NCBI RefSeq assembly: GCF_016432865.1
Contig: NC_067398.1
Location: 343,108,001 to 343,172,000 of the forward strand
From: Antechinus flavipes
Lineage: Eukaryota
Direction of reading: 5' to 3'
DNA length: 64,000 bases
This document shows, piece after piece, positions 1-12,869 of this stretch. Under the pieces are notes generated by a model. That model was not told where the DNA came from and searched no databases. It worked only from the letters and a program-made list of their open reading frames with translations. Positions within the stretch are counted from its first letter, which is position 1, and each line of letters starts with the position of its first letter. A program made the position numbers and the translations under genes.

Positions 1-419
1 TGTGGCCCAACCATCAACACTGAATATCTCTCCCAGCTATTTAAGTTGCTTTTTATTTTTTCAGAGTGTTTTGTAATTGTGTTTATGTAAGTCTTGAGTA
101 TCCTTTGGTAGTTTGAACTTCCCTTTTTCTTGCTAGGGTTCCCTCTACTCCTGGTCCCAAGTTCTTGTTCCTCTTCTTCACACTGCATTCTAAGCTGTGG
201 CTGATTTATGAGAGCGCTGGCTTTGCAGTGGAAAGCACCCTGGCTCTGGAATCAGAGATTCCAGATCTCATCTCTGATGCTCACTTACTCATCTGCCAAC
301 CTGGACAAGTCACTTATCCACCCACCAGGGGTCCTGATGCCCTCATCTGTAAGGCTTGCTTTTGAAGTCCCTCTTGTTCTAAAGCTGTGATCCAATGATC
401 CTTTTAATTTTACCTCTAG

Positions 420-1000
420 GCCTTCTCTTGTGTTGTCAACTGCTGTGCGCCAGTTGGTCATTCCTGCCTGGGCTATTGCAGTAACCTCCTAGCTGGTCTT
501 CCTGAGTCTAGCTTCTGCTCTGAATACTCCTTCTTCCCACAGTTACCAAGCTGGTCTTTCTAAGGCAGAGGCCTGACTTTGGCATTCCCCTTTTGTCACA
601 AACTCCCAGCGAAGGCTCTTCATGATCCGACTAACCAACGTTTCCAGTCTTATTGCATATTACTCCTGGTCATGCATTTGCCATCCCAGGCAAAGCAGGT
701 TCTTCATTTCTCTATGTCTTTGTGCTGGTTGAATGGAACCTTTCTTCCATCCATATCTTTCAGAATCCCAGTCTTCCTTCAGAGCCCACCTTAGGTGTTC
801 CCTTCTCTGCAAAATTGTCTCTCATTCTCCCAAGTGTAGGTGCTTTCTCCCTCATATTGCTCCCTCACACACCACTCTAGTAGAATGTAAATTTCTTGAA
901 GGCAGGGACTGGTTTGCTTTTTGTCTTTGTATTCCTAGCTCTAACAGAAGAACTTAAATATAGTAGGCATTTCATGAGTGTTTATTGGATTGAATCTAAT
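420..1000 (+). mobile_element. Degraded L2 LINE 3' fragment
   Basis: Ends in an L2-type 3' tail (gaatgtaaatttcttgaaggcagggactgg...tagtaggc...ttattggattgaat); boundaries approximate. Confidence 0.55.
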
Positions 1001-1789
1001 GAATATTTTTGACCACAACAACTCACTAAGGCTGTCTGCTGATGCATAGGATGTTTATTCTATGCATACACACAAATGAAATCGTGAGTCTTGGAAGTAA
1101 TCAGTATGCACAGAACACTATATTGGATGCTGTGGGACAAAGATAAATGAGACACTATTGCTGTTATAAAGCTAAGAGTTTCAGTGATTGCCACTTTCAA
1201 GGGTGGAACCATGTGCCATCTGTGTACCTTCCTGGGTCACGTATAATGATGAGAGGGAAACTTGATGCTATCAGATGAAGAGCTTTTCCCCTCACATTCC
1301 CCTCCCTGTTCCCCTAGCAACAGTAGATGCCAAGGGATCTGCAGATTCCTTCATGCAATAAACTTTGATTAAGTGTGAGATACAACAAAATTTGAATAAC
1401 CAACAGTCAGTAGGGGGATGAGACATAAAGATAGTCTTAATATAGTGCCTTAGAGAATGGTGAAACAAAATGCAGTATGAGTTCTGAGAAGGAAAACTGT
1501 TACTGATCAGGAGGATATAGCTATGTTATTTGAATAGTATTTTAAAGAATGGATAAGAAGAAAGAAGGGAAAGATAATCCCAGCATAGTAGAAATATGAA
1601 CAAAGACAAAAAGATGAGGGAATTGAGGATGTGGACAATGGGTACATAAGTTCATTTCAGAGTGTTTGGAGAAGAGTAATGTTTATCAGAGGAGGTCAGA
1701 TGCCATCATATTGCAGAGAGCCTTGAATGCTAGGCTAAAATATAAACTGTATTTAGCAAGATCTCATGCCCAAGATACACAAAGAATTC

Positions 1790-2960
1790 GTTCAAATTTG
1801 TAAGACCAAAAGTCTTTTTGTAGTAGATAAATTGTCAAATACGAGTGGGCAGTTTTCAAAAGGAAGAAATTGAAGCTATCAACAACAGTGTGTAAAAAAA
1901 AAAATTGGCAGAGTTGGAAAAGAGGAAAATGGCAGTTCTTGGAGAAGCTATGGGAAAACAGGCACATTAATGCACTGTTAGTAGAACTGTGAATTGATCT
2001 AGCTGTTCTGGAAAACAATTTGGAGCTGTGCTCCAAAAGCCACTAAACTGTGCATACACATTAACATCAATAGCAATAACACTCTTAGGCCTATATCCCA
2101 AAGAAATCAAGGAAAGAGGAAAGGGGCCCATATGTACAAAAATATTTGTAGCAGCTCTTTTTTTTTGGGGGGGGGTGACAAAGAATAGGAAACTAAGGGG
2201 ATGCCCATGAATTGAAAACTAGTTATATAAATTATGATATGTGAATATAATAGAATATTATGTCATAAGAAATAGCAAAAGAGATGTCAGAGAAACTTAG
2301 GAAGACTCACATGAACTGATATTGAATAAAATGATCAGAAGCAAGGAACAAGCTATATAATAATAATATTTTGAAGAAAATAACTTTGAAAGACTTAATG
2401 CTTCTCACTGAAAACAGTTCACATTACCAATGCTGAAACAAGTTATGCATCTCTGGACAGAGAGTTGATGTTCTCAAAATGCGGAATGAGATACATTTTT
2501 GAATCTAACCAATGTAGGACTTCGTTTTGTTTAACATAGACATTTGTTAACCGGAGTTTTGTTTTGTCCATTCTTTCTCCTGCCTCCCTCTCTGCCTCTC
2601 CCTTCCCTTGCCCTCCCCCACCCCCTGCCCCTAAGGAGTGGGCTGCCTGGGAAAGGAAGGTTAGGAATAGGGTTGTCAAAAAAAAAAAAAGAGGGTCATT
2701 GACACTAATACATTTGTTGGTGGGATTGTGAATTGATCCAACCATTCTAGAGAGCAAGATGGAACTATGTCCAAAGGACTATCAAACTGTGCATACTCTT
2801 TGATCCAGCAGTATTTCTCCTGGGCCTGTATCCCAAAGAGATCATAAAGAAGGGAAAGGGACCCACATGTGCAAAAATGTTTGTGGCAGCCCTTTTTGTA
2901 GTGGCAAGGAACTGGAAACTGAGTAAATGCCCATCAGTTGAAGAATGGCTGAGTAAATTA
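1790..2960 (+). mobile_element. Two adjacent L1 ORF2-3'/3'UTR fragments
   Basis: ORF2 C-terminal remnants (LGLYPKEIKERGKGPICTKIFVAALF); A-run near 2678-2691, then a second ORF2 piece at 2700-2960. Confidence 0.7.
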
Positions 2961-3334
2961 TGGCAAAAACCCTTAGAACTAAAATCTTCATAGCAGATCA
3001 GATTTACCAAGGTTTGAAGTTGACATCTGACCCTCGCTTCTCATTAAACTCAGGAAAGAAAAGCAGTTTAATAGAGTTTACTTGCAAACAGCAACAAATA
3101 AAATTTGGCTGAGACATTAACTTTGGTTTAACAAGACCAGTAAATCCCAGGTCAGCTGTTTTTTAACTATTTAAACTGGCTTATTGGTCACCAGATGACC
3201 TTTAAAAGTGCTAAATCAAAGTTGACTAGGAATAACTTTGCAGGGGATTACATGCCTAGATCCTTCCAGCTTCACACTAATGTCAGTGATGAAACAGAAT
3301 TTGGAGATTCTGTTTATCAGAAATAGGCATCCAA

Positions 3335-3540
3335 GGGGTTCAGCGGATAGAGCGGTGGACCTGAAGTCAGGAAGACATCTTCTAACTGGGCAAGTCATTT
3401 AATCCTGTTTGCCTCAGTTTCCTCATCTGTAAAATGAGCTGGAGAAGAAAATAGTAAACTACTCTGTATCTTTGCTAAGAAAACCCCAAATGGGGTCATA
3501 AAGAATCAGTCATGACTGAAACAATGCAACAACCACAAAA
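3335..3540 (+). mobile_element. MAR1-like marsupial CORE-SINE
   Basis: CORE gggcaagtcatttaa...cctcagtttcctcatctgtaaaatg followed by an RTE-type tail gagctggagaag...aaaaccccaaatggggtca. Confidence 0.7.
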
Positions 3541-3934
3541 TTCATTGGAAAGTAATACTTCTATAAACCCCTCTTGGACATCATGTTCTTCTTGTACTCA
3601 CTTTGGCATTATAGCTAATATCAGATGGATCCCATTGCTTCTGTTTCTGAATAAGGCACTGATTTTAGTTTAATTGAAGTTGGCTATACTCAGACAGAAC
3701 ATGAGACCTTGTGTGAAGCGTACGCTTTTTGCCTTGGATAGAAAGAAAGACCATTTACTGTTGAGACTGCGTCTTACCTTAGAGTCAGAGCCTTAGTGCA
3801 ACTGAAAAAAACCTGTGGAGGAGGGAAAGCAGATTTGTTATTTTATTTTTTTCTATTTTCCCCAGTTAAATATAAAAAACAATATATAGAGATAGATATA
3901 TAGATATATTTGGTTATATATGTACATTCCTTTT

Positions 3935-4400
3935 TTTTTTTTTTTTAAACATTTCCTTTTGACTCATGTTGGGAGAAAAAAATCCAACAAAAGGGAAAAA
4001 CTATGAGAGAAAAAAAATAGAAGGGAAAAAAAAGTGAACATAGCATATATTGATTTACATTCAATCTCCATAGTTCTCTCTCTGGATGCAAATGGCATTT
4101 TCCATCCAAAGTATATTGGGATTGTCTTGGATCATTGAAATGTCTGAAAAGAACCAAGTCTGTCATAGTTGATCATCACACAATCTTGCTGCTATTGTGT
4201 TCAGTGTTTTCCTGATTCTGTTTGTTTTGCTTAGCATCAGTTCCAGTTAATCTGTCCAGGCCTTTCTAAAATCAGCCTGTTCATCATTTTTTATAGAACA
4301 ATAATATTCCATTACTTTCATATGCCATAACTTATTCATTCATTCCCCAATTGATAGGCAGCTACTAATTTTTCAGTTCTTTACTACAAAAAGAGCTGTT
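3935..4400 (-). mobile_element. L1 3' end
   Basis: T-run followed by reverse-strand L1 3'UTR/ORF2-end sequence similar to other copies in the window. Confidence 0.65.
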
Positions 4401-5477
4401 AAAAGCAAAAAGGATTTGACTGTGAAATATATTTACAATGTTACCAGCAGGCTTTTTCCCCCCCAAAGTGAATGATTTAAAGAAGGAATGATCCAAATAA
4501 AGTTATATTTTAAATGTTTAGATAGTTACTTGCTAGTTTCTGATTAGATTGGTTAACTATCCAGTCATCAATGCTGTAAGTAGTGCAGTCACCTAAATAT
4601 CATTTAAATATATCTGATTGTTGACAGTACTAATAATGAAATAAACCTTTATGGATACTGGGGGGAAAAAGCACAGTAGAGAATAAGGAAAAACAGAAGG
4701 AATTACAGACAAGCAGTATTGCTTAGAAAGTTACATGTCAGATTTATCATATACTTTAAAGGAAAAACAAACTATATAATGGAGATTTGTTTCATCTTCT
4801 ATATACTATAGTGTGTGTATTTGTGTGCGTACTATTTCCATGTATCATATATATACATATATACACATATATGGAAATGTTCATTTTATTTTTATATTTG
4901 TTAAGTACAGAATAAAAAGTAAAAATTATTTTTGCCATTACAAGTGACTTAATCTTTATGAAAAAAATAGCTGGCAGTTTGGGTTAAATTGGAGAGGGAA
5001 GAGAGTGGATTTGATGAAGGCCTGTGGCAGTGTTCTGGTGGGCACTACTAATGAAGCCTGTACCAGTGTTGACAGTGGAACAGATAGCAGGCAAGGGATG
5101 CAGAGGTATTGCAGAAGTCAAATTGATGGAATTTTTTTAACTGATCAGATATGAAAGATGAAAGAGGGATGAGTTGTAGATAATAATCAACATTACGAAC
5201 ATGAGAATTTAACAGTGGGAGAAGATCAGTCAGTGTAGATATGACTAATAATAACTAACACTGATAGATTGTTTCAGAGTTTCCTCACTTCTCTGTGAGG
5301 TATTATGATTATTTTTATCTCCGTTTTACAGATGAGGAAACCAAGACAGCAATCAGTTAAGTCACTCACCTTCAGGCGCATTTAGTAATCTCCTGCGTGA
5401 GCTCTATCCCTTCAGCTCCAGAGCTCTCTCCAGTGGGAGCTCACCTTCCACAAGCTTCTCTTTTAAGGGGCCTGATC

Positions 5478-5606
5478 ATGAACACCTCCCAGGGCACTGT
5501 GGGCAGTGACCCTGTCATCCTTGCCACGGCCGGCTACGACCACACCGTCCGCTTCTGGCAGGCCCACAGTGGAATATGTACCCGCACAGTACAGCACCAA
5601 GACTCA
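5478..5606 (+). CDS. MLST8: MLST8 coding exon 1
   Basis: ATG at 5478; MNTSQG...QHQDS; donor GTATCCTTT at 5607. Confidence 0.97.
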
Positions 5607-8600
5607 GTATCCTTTGGCGTGGGTTACCTTTCCAGGTGGAGGGGCTCCGGCCTGGCCTGTGGAATAGGGACCGCTGCGAACTCCGGAGCTGGACTCTGGA
5701 GCCAGATCAGCTAGTGGGATGGGGAGGCCAAACAAGTACCTTTCCTAGCTCAGGGAGTACTCGCTATAAGACCAGTGTGTGATTGAGGGAGCTACAGTCA
5801 GGCGGACATGACATTGAAACTTGTCTAGACATTTGTGAGCTGTGAGACTTAGCCACTTACCTCTCTGTGCCTCAATTTCCTCATTTATAAAAATGAAGCA
5901 GTTGGACTTAATGACATGAGAGAGGCCTTCCAGCTCTAAATCTGTGGCCCTCTAAGCTTTACTTTGTTTGAGGGTCCTAGGAAATCCTGCTGTCCAACCC
6001 TCTGCTTTTCAGAGAAAGAAGCCGAGGCCCAAGGAGGAAAAGTTAATGGCAGAGGCAATACTAGAATGGAGTTAGTGTCATTCAGTCAGTAAAGCTTTAT
6101 TGAGCACCACTGTGTACCAAGGGCTGTGCTAAGTATTGTCTCTATCCAACCCTCTTTCTACTCTGCATTGCCTCTTGTGAGATGGGTGAGCTTTACAATA
6201 ATTGGAAGAGGGTGGGTAAAGATGGAGGGGTGGGAGGGGAGCAGGAGGAGGGAGAGTATTTGCAGATGGGATTAGGGCTAGGGGGCCTCCAATGCCAGGC
6301 TAAACTGGTTGGCCTTGCTGCCTGGAGCCATGAGAAGCTTATCTTGTGGATGTTTTTGTGTGCGTCTGTGCCTCTTCCTGTTCTGCCTCCCCACCTGTCC
6401 AGGCCTGAGGCTTCTGCCCACGGGGCTTCCAGCCATGTGTCTTGTCATAGCCTGGCTTTCTGCAGCTTAATGAGCAGTCAGAGTGCCAGAAGTTTTATGA
6501 TAGCATCTTTTGTTCTGCTCCCACCTATCCTTGGTCACCTTAACCTAATCCCCTAGCAAGTGAATGCCCTGGAGATCACCCCAGACAGAAGCATGATTGC
6601 CGCTGCAGGTATCGGCTGGCCGGATGGGATGAGGGAGTATCCTGGATCGGCACTAGGACAGACCAGTCCCCTCTCAGCCAGGACCCTGCGGGTTCCCACC
6701 AGAGTGACAGGCTCTGCAAACCCTAACACAATCAGCCTAAAAGGCTTGTTTCAGGCACAGTGTTGGCACAGTACAGGCGGGCAGTGGGCTGTAACACGAA
6801 GCAGTCCCACCCAAGGTTTAGGGAGCTGGGCATTTCAGAGTTTTGTCACTGGTTCCACTCCTGAGATGGGCAGGAAGGAGATATCAGTGCCAAGAAGTTC
6901 TTGCAGGAAACTCAGCCGCCTGCCGAGTCCTGTTCTTGCCACTGCTGGCCAGTCACTGGGCACGGCAGATCTTTTTTTCATGCTGATTCCTCTTAATGTG
7001 GTAAGGGGGGGAAGTCGGGATGCTCTGGGGCAGCAGAGGGAAGGTCCCTGGGGAATCAGTGACCTCACCTCAAGTCCCAAAGCTCCTGAGGATGTGTCTT
7101 AGTTTTTGCTCTCTTTTCTGGGTGAGGCCATGAGGCAAGGCCGTTGGTGGGGGCCCCAGCCTAGGCAGATCACGCTGTCAGCCATTTGTCTTCAGGGATT
7201 CATCTCTCTTGCCCACCATGATTCCTGGAGAGAGCTCTGCCTTGCGCCCCCCCCCACCCCACCCCCCAGGCGGGGAAAAGCAACTAGTAAGACCGCACTT
7301 GTATCTTCAGGTTACCAGCACATTCGGATGTATGATCTCAATTCCAATAACCCCAACCCTGTTATCAACTATGATGGAGTGAGCAAGAACATCACCTCGG
7401 TGGGCTTCCACGAGGATGGCCGCTGGATGTACACGGGCGGAGAAGACAGCATGGCCAGGATCTGGGACCTTAGGTGCCAAGCCAGGGACCGGGGGGTGAG
7501 GGGAAAAGCCTGGTGTAAGGATACGAGGTGGGAAATCAGGAACAAGGGGCAAACCCAGCACAGCCCTTGTCCCAGGAATCTGAGGAAGACGTTCTGCAGA
7601 TTTTCCCTGGGTCTCAGTTTTGTTCAGAGCCTACCTGCTTAGATCCTATAGACTGAAGCAAGAAACCACTGTTCCTCCAGTGTCAGACCCGGAAATGCAG
7701 CTTAGCAGGGGGCTGCCACACTCCCACAACCCAGTTCCCCCATGACAGGCCTTCTGGGGCTGCTGGTTGCTCCCAGGCAGCTCGGTTTTATGGCCACTCA
7801 GGGAAACAGTTGGGGAGACTCTCAGCTCCAAGGTAAGTTGGTACATCGGCACTGCCCCAAGCACCAATGTGAGTTTGTGTTTGATGCCAGGTCACGAAAT
7901 CTCCAGTGCCAGCGAATTTTCCAAGTGAATGCACCCATAAACTGTGTGTGTCTGCACCCCAACCAGGTAACCTGCTTTCCTGTCTGCTTGCTTCCTGCCT
8001 GTACCTTAGCCAGGAACCTCCTCTGTCCATGGCAGCCACCACAAGTGAGCTCTCTCTGGGCCTGGCGAGCTTGCCTGCAATGGGCTGGTGTCTGGAGGTT
8101 TGGGGGAATGAGCTTTGTGGGGATGTGAGTTTCTAGGCAGGGGAAAGTGACAGGGAGCATTTCTGAGGAGACAGGCGGTGGGTGTTCATTCTTCTGTGCC
8201 TGCTTCTTGGGGTCAGATTATCAAGTATGTGGCTGAATAGGAATGACTGGGACCGAGTGGAATGTGGCAGTCATGCTGAGCAGGTCTGCTGCTTTTCCCT
8301 TTTTGTGACTTCCAACTCTTGATTCATATTTTCCTTTTGGGGACATCATAAAGTAAAGGAGAGTAAAAGGGGGGATACAAGGGGAGATCCAAGGCTACCA
8401 AGCCCCCATTCTGGGGCCATGGCAATATGTTAGGGTCAGAAAACTGCATCAAACAGTTAAAGCAGCACCAAAAATCAGGCTGAAGTGCAAGCCGATGCCC
8501 TGTGCCTGGGCAGCAAAGTCCAGTCCAGTGATTCAGCCCCTTAGATGTCAGAAGCGTTCCCCCCTCCCCTCTTCCCCCCTCCCCCCCCGCTGGGGTTTGA

Positions 8601-11600
8601 GAATGGGAGGCCAGAGGTCTACCTTCAGGTGACTTGTGGGGAGCATCAGAGACTGACCCTACCATCCATGCAGGCCGAACTGATTGTGGGTGACCAGAGC
8701 GGCGCTATCCACATCTGGGACCTAAAAACTGACCACAACGAGCAGCTGATTCCTGAGCCTGAGGTCTCTGTGAATTCAGTTCACATCGACCCTGACGCCA
8801 GTTACATGGCAGCTGTCAATAGTACAGTAAGAACCCTTTGGTTGTTCCCCCTTAGGACCTCACCTCTGCCCTGCCTACTGCCTGCATAGCTACCCTTCTC
8901 TGTGGGCCCAGTCTTAAGGTTACTTATGTTTGGGGGAAGACCCCAAGCTCTTTCAGCTGGAAAAGGAGACATCTCCGGAGCCCTGCTGGCCATTCCTGCC
9001 GGGTCTGCGGGCTCCTCTGAGAGACTTCTTACTGAGGACTCTGCCAGTGAATTTGCATGCTCTTAGTCTGGAATGACTGCCCGTTTTTCTTAGAGCTTTC
9101 CAGCCAGCACTCCCATCCCCGGCCTACCCACTTGGTCCCGCGGGCCTGCTTCCCGGAGGCTTTCCTTGTGGGCGCACCTTTTAGAAGTGGCACCTGAGCT
9201 TCAGTGCCACACAGCCTGGGGCTGAGTCAGCCCTGGCCTTTTCCGTTCTTCCTGCTCAGGTGTTGACAGTCAGTCCCCCCATAGAATACTTGACTTGGGG
9301 CAGAGCTCCACGCACTCAAACCTTCAAGTCTGGGGAGGAAAGTTACTTCAGAATTTTCACTCCACCTCTCTTTGACTTTGTAGGGAAACTGTTACGTTTG
9401 GAACTTGACTGGAGGCATTGGGGAAGAAGTGACTCAGCTAATTCCCAAAACCAAAATTCCAGCTCATACGAGATATGCCCTGCAGTGTCGGTTCAGCCCG
9501 GACTCCACGTGAGTGCAGAGCAGGCCCGCTAGGAACTGGGCCGAGGCCCAGTAAACACAGGCCTCGCTTCTCAGCAAGGCGTCTTTTGCAGGATCCTGGG
9601 GGGCAGAAGCCTAATTCAAAGGGTACTGCAGTAAGAGGCCATCATAGTCCACTGAGTGACTAGGCCCAGGAACTATTTTATCTTATTAAGTACCTTTATT
9701 CACTGGAGCTCAAGTGCATGTTAATAAAGACAGTGCAAAGCAGGATATGCCAGGTACCACACAGAGATCTGATAGCAGGGAGAAATAGCTTCCACTTGGG
9801 GCAGAACCATATGGCACAGAGGAAAAAACAGAGACTGCAATCGGGAGAATCGGGTTAAGCCCTGGCTTAAGTAGTAATTAGCTGTGTGACCTGGCCAAAC
9901 AACTGGACTTTGTTTTCTAGAGTCAGCTTAAATAGATCTTCCACAAACAACTCATAGCTCAACTAATATTTTTATGGCTCCTTTGAGATTTGTAAATAGC
10001 CTTTACTAAAGACCATCATTCAAGGCTGTCTAGAATTTCATAAATTTGAGCTAATCCCTTCCAACTCAAAATCCTATAATCCCATGAATAGTGTCTACCT
10101 GCTGGGATATCTGTCAGGGCACGCCACAAGGTTCTGTCCTTGGTCAGTTTTATCAGTGTTGTAGAGGAAGACATAGATTGCATGCATGCTCATTAAGTCT
10201 AATAGTCCATAGTCCAGGGAGGGGTAACAGAAGCAGAATGTCAAAGGGTCATGATGGGCAGAATCAAGGAGGGTTGAAAAGTAATGAGAGCAAAAGTGAT
10301 CTTGTGCTTAATTAGGATTCACAAATGTGTCATGGAAAGACATGGTCAGCTAGTGCATAGTGATTTTAAGCTCAGTGTGAGTCAGTAGGCTGATTTGGCT
10401 AAAAGTAAGGCAGCAGTGATAGAAATGGAGTTATCCCAAAGGAGGGAACTCATAGTCCTATTGAAGTCCCTGATGAGACCGTGTCCAGGTGTTCAGGGTG
10501 GGATGCCATATTTCAGGAGGGATATGGATAAACTGGAATGTGACCAGAGGAGAATTACCAGGATAAGACAGACTTATGCCTTAGAAAGTGGGAGTATGTA
10601 GCTTAAAAAAAAAAACAAGAGGACATGTAATTGCTGTTTTCAATTATCTGAATGGCTGTTGTAAGGAAGGGACTTTATACTTATTTTGTGAGGTTCCAAG
10701 GAGTTTTAGGGAGATGAATTTGAGCTCATCACAAGGAAGAAATGCCTGTCTATTGTGGCTGCATTAAAATATAGTGAGTTTCTTTTCACTGTATTCAAGT
10801 GGAAGCTAGATGATTATCTGTCTTTTAGAAAAAATGTGTGCATTGAGCAGGAGGTGCCTGAAATTCCATGAATGTTTATCCTTTCCCCTTTCATTAACTC
10901 ACCTGGGAGAGCGCTCTCTCGGGAGCAGGAGCTGGAGACTAGGTATAGGCAAGCTCTCAACCTTATGGCCTGGCTTCGCCTCCCATGAGCCTTGGTCATT
11001 TAAATTCTCCAAGCCACAGTTACAAAATCTGTAAAATGTGGCTCTTTGTATCTACACTACCTACTTTACAAGGTTGGGGAAAAAGCATTTTTGAAACCAA
11101 TGGAAATGTCAGTTATTTCAGTAGGGGAATATGTAGTTATATAGTGTGTGGGTAACCCTGTCTTCATAGAAGTACAGTCCTTCCAGGCTGAGCTCCTGGG
11201 TTTCAGGGATTCCTTGAGACCATGTCACAGGGAGCGTGTGGCCATTGGTCCTTTTCCCCATCAGATTTCCCCTCTCTTCCTTATCTCATACCCTCTTTGT
11301 CATCTAGAACAGGAGTCAAACAGGCAGCCTGAGGAACCTACGTTCCCATGTGCCAGACCATTAAAAAGCAGTTGGGAAATGTTTAACAAAATGTACAGTA
11401 GAACATGGCAATGTTAATGTGTCATTTTCTAAGTCAATCTGAGGCCCAGGGAGCCTTATGTAGGCTTTAGTGGCTCCCATTTCTGTTTGATACCATTGCT
11501 GTCAGCATAGGGCATGCAGTCCAGTGAAGACAGCTGAACTGGGGCGAGTCCTACAAGGTGGCCCCAAAGGGAAGGCCTGGTGTTTTTGGATGGGTCCATT

Positions 11601-12315
11601 GGCAGAGCACAGACTTAGGAGTTCTCCCTTTCCTATAGGCTCCTGGCCACCTGCTCAGCAGACCAAACATGCAAAATCTGGAGGACCTCAAATTTCTCTT
11701 TGATGACTGAATTGAGCATCAAGAGCAATAATCCTGGTGAGACTTCGAGAGGCTGGATGTGGGACTGTGCCTTTTCTGGAGACTCTCAGTACATTGTGAC
11801 AGGTGAGCTTCTGTATCAGGGTACTCCTTGGGGCCTTGATCCCATGTCCTTTAGACTTTTCTAAGTCTAAGCACAACTTGCTTAGCTTACAATGGGAACA
11901 GCCAGAGATAAGGATTGTGGTGTCCCAGAGCTAAGCTTCCAAATCCTAGTATTGACCTTAGTAAATAAATAAAGCCTATCCGGCCTGGGGTCTGTACTGC
12001 TGGTCAGTCTCTGTCAGGGGAGTGTGGGTTTTGGGGTCAGGATTGTACTAATACCTTTACTGGCAGAGGTGTCCATGGTCCCAAGGACAGGCACATTCAA
12101 TGGGGGCAAGGAAGACAGGGAAGGGACAGAGCAGTACCCTAGTTCCATTTGGGAAGAACCTTCCAGTAATAGGACCTCTTTTCCTCTTATCTGCAGCCTC
12201 GTCTGACAATTTAGCACGGCTGTGGTGTGTGGATACAGGAGAGATCAAGAGGGAATATGGTGGACACCAGAAGGCTGTAGTCTGCCTGGCATTCAATGAC
12301 AGTGTTTTGGGCTAG
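5478..12315 (+). CDS. MLST8: MTOR-associated protein LST8 homolog (WD40), spliced gene span, 326 aa
   Basis: Exons 5478-5606, 6557-6608, 7311-7473, 7891-7966, 8674-8826, 9384-9508, 11639-11802, 12197-12315 sum to 981 nt. All introns are GT-AG and phases are consistent. Translation [27 protein letters not shown]...AFNDSVLG* is recognisably mLST8. Confidence 0.98.
6557..6608 (+). CDS. MLST8: MLST8 coding exon 2
   Basis: ccctag|CAAGTG; [17 protein letters not shown]; G|gtatcg. Confidence 0.97.
7311..7473 (+). CDS. MLST8: MLST8 coding exon 3
   Basis: cttcag|GTTAC; [10 protein letters not shown]...ARIWDL; AG|gtgcca. Confidence 0.97.
7891..7966 (+). CDS. MLST8: MLST8 coding exon 4
   Basis: [25 protein letters not shown]; CAG|gtaacc. 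Confidence 0.97.
8674..8826 (+). CDS. MLST8: MLST8 coding exon 5
   Basis: [18 protein letters not shown]...AAVNST; ACA|gtaaga. Confidence 0.97.
9384..9508 (+). CDS. MLST8: MLST8 coding exon 6
   Basis: ttgtag|GGAAAC; [22 protein letters not shown]...RFSPDS; AC|gtgagt. Confidence 0.96.
10090..10860 (+). mobile_element. CR1/L3 LINE RT remnant in MLST8 intron 6
   Basis: Degenerate RT motif GTPQGSVLG (CR1 GVPQGSVLGP) and a downstream [17 protein letters not shown] segment. Confidence 0.65.
11639..11802 (+). CDS. MLST8: MLST8 coding exon 7
   Basis: ctatag|GCTC; [19 protein letters not shown]...SQYIVT; G|gtgagc. Not shown in the ORF track; read directly from the sequence. Confidence 0.96.
12197..12315 (+). 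CDS. MLST8: MLST8 coding exon 8 (terminal)
   Basis: ctgcag|CCTCG; [38 protein letters not shown]. Confidence 0.97.
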
Positions 12316-12730
12316 CTTGAAAGCCTCCTCTCTGCCTTTGTGCCTTCAGGGAGCAGGAGCTGCTCAAGACTGCTGTACTAGCCAAAAAAAATGGGCTTTT
12401 CTGACCACAGAAAGTCTCAGCTTTGGCTCAGAGAGGAATACTGTCTCTCGCCCTTCTTGGTCTGAGGGCAGTGGAGAACAGTTCACAGGAATGGAACTGG
12501 GGGAAGAGCAAAAAGGGACCTTGGGACTGAGCCTTCCAGTGGCTAGTCGTAGGGCAATTGGGCTATCAGTTTCCAGCATGGCTAGAACATGCCCTTTCTA
12601 TGTACATATATACAAATGTAGATGGAGAATTGTTGAATATTAAAAAGCCAGGTGCATCTGGTATCTGCAAAGAGCCTCAGCTTCAAGAGTGATAGTGGGT
12701 CTCTTCAGGCCCCAATCCTCAACTTTATCC

Positions 12731-12869
12731 TTTTTTTTCCCCCTTGGGGTTAAGTGACTTTCCCAGGGTCACACAACTAGGAAGTGTTACGTGTCTGAGG
12801 CCAGATTTGAACTCAGGTCCTCCTGACTTCAGGGCTGGTGCTCTATCCACTACACCACCTAGCTGCCCC
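12731..12869 (-). mobile_element. WSINE1-like short CORE-SINE with TSD
   Basis: Reverse complement starts GGGGCAGCTAGGTGG...GGATAGAGCACCAGCCCTGAAGTCAGGAGGACCTGAGTTCAAATC; flanks ctcaactttat at 12718-12728 and 12869-12879. Confidence 0.8.

Noticed and set aside
6609-6615. Donor GTATCGG of MLST8 intron 2 as a second U12 site
   Set aside because: It departs from RTATCCT at +6/+7, and the acceptor region has no CCTTAAC-type branch.
6560-7102. 180-aa ORF starting in MLST8 exon 2
   Set aside because: Only the first 16 residues are mLST8; the rest is intron read-through with no recognisable homology.
12731-12869. tRNA gene suggested by A/B-box-like sequence (also 21540-21847, 61808-61949)
   Set aside because: These are tRNA-derived SINE heads with CORE bodies and A-tails, not cloverleaf genes.
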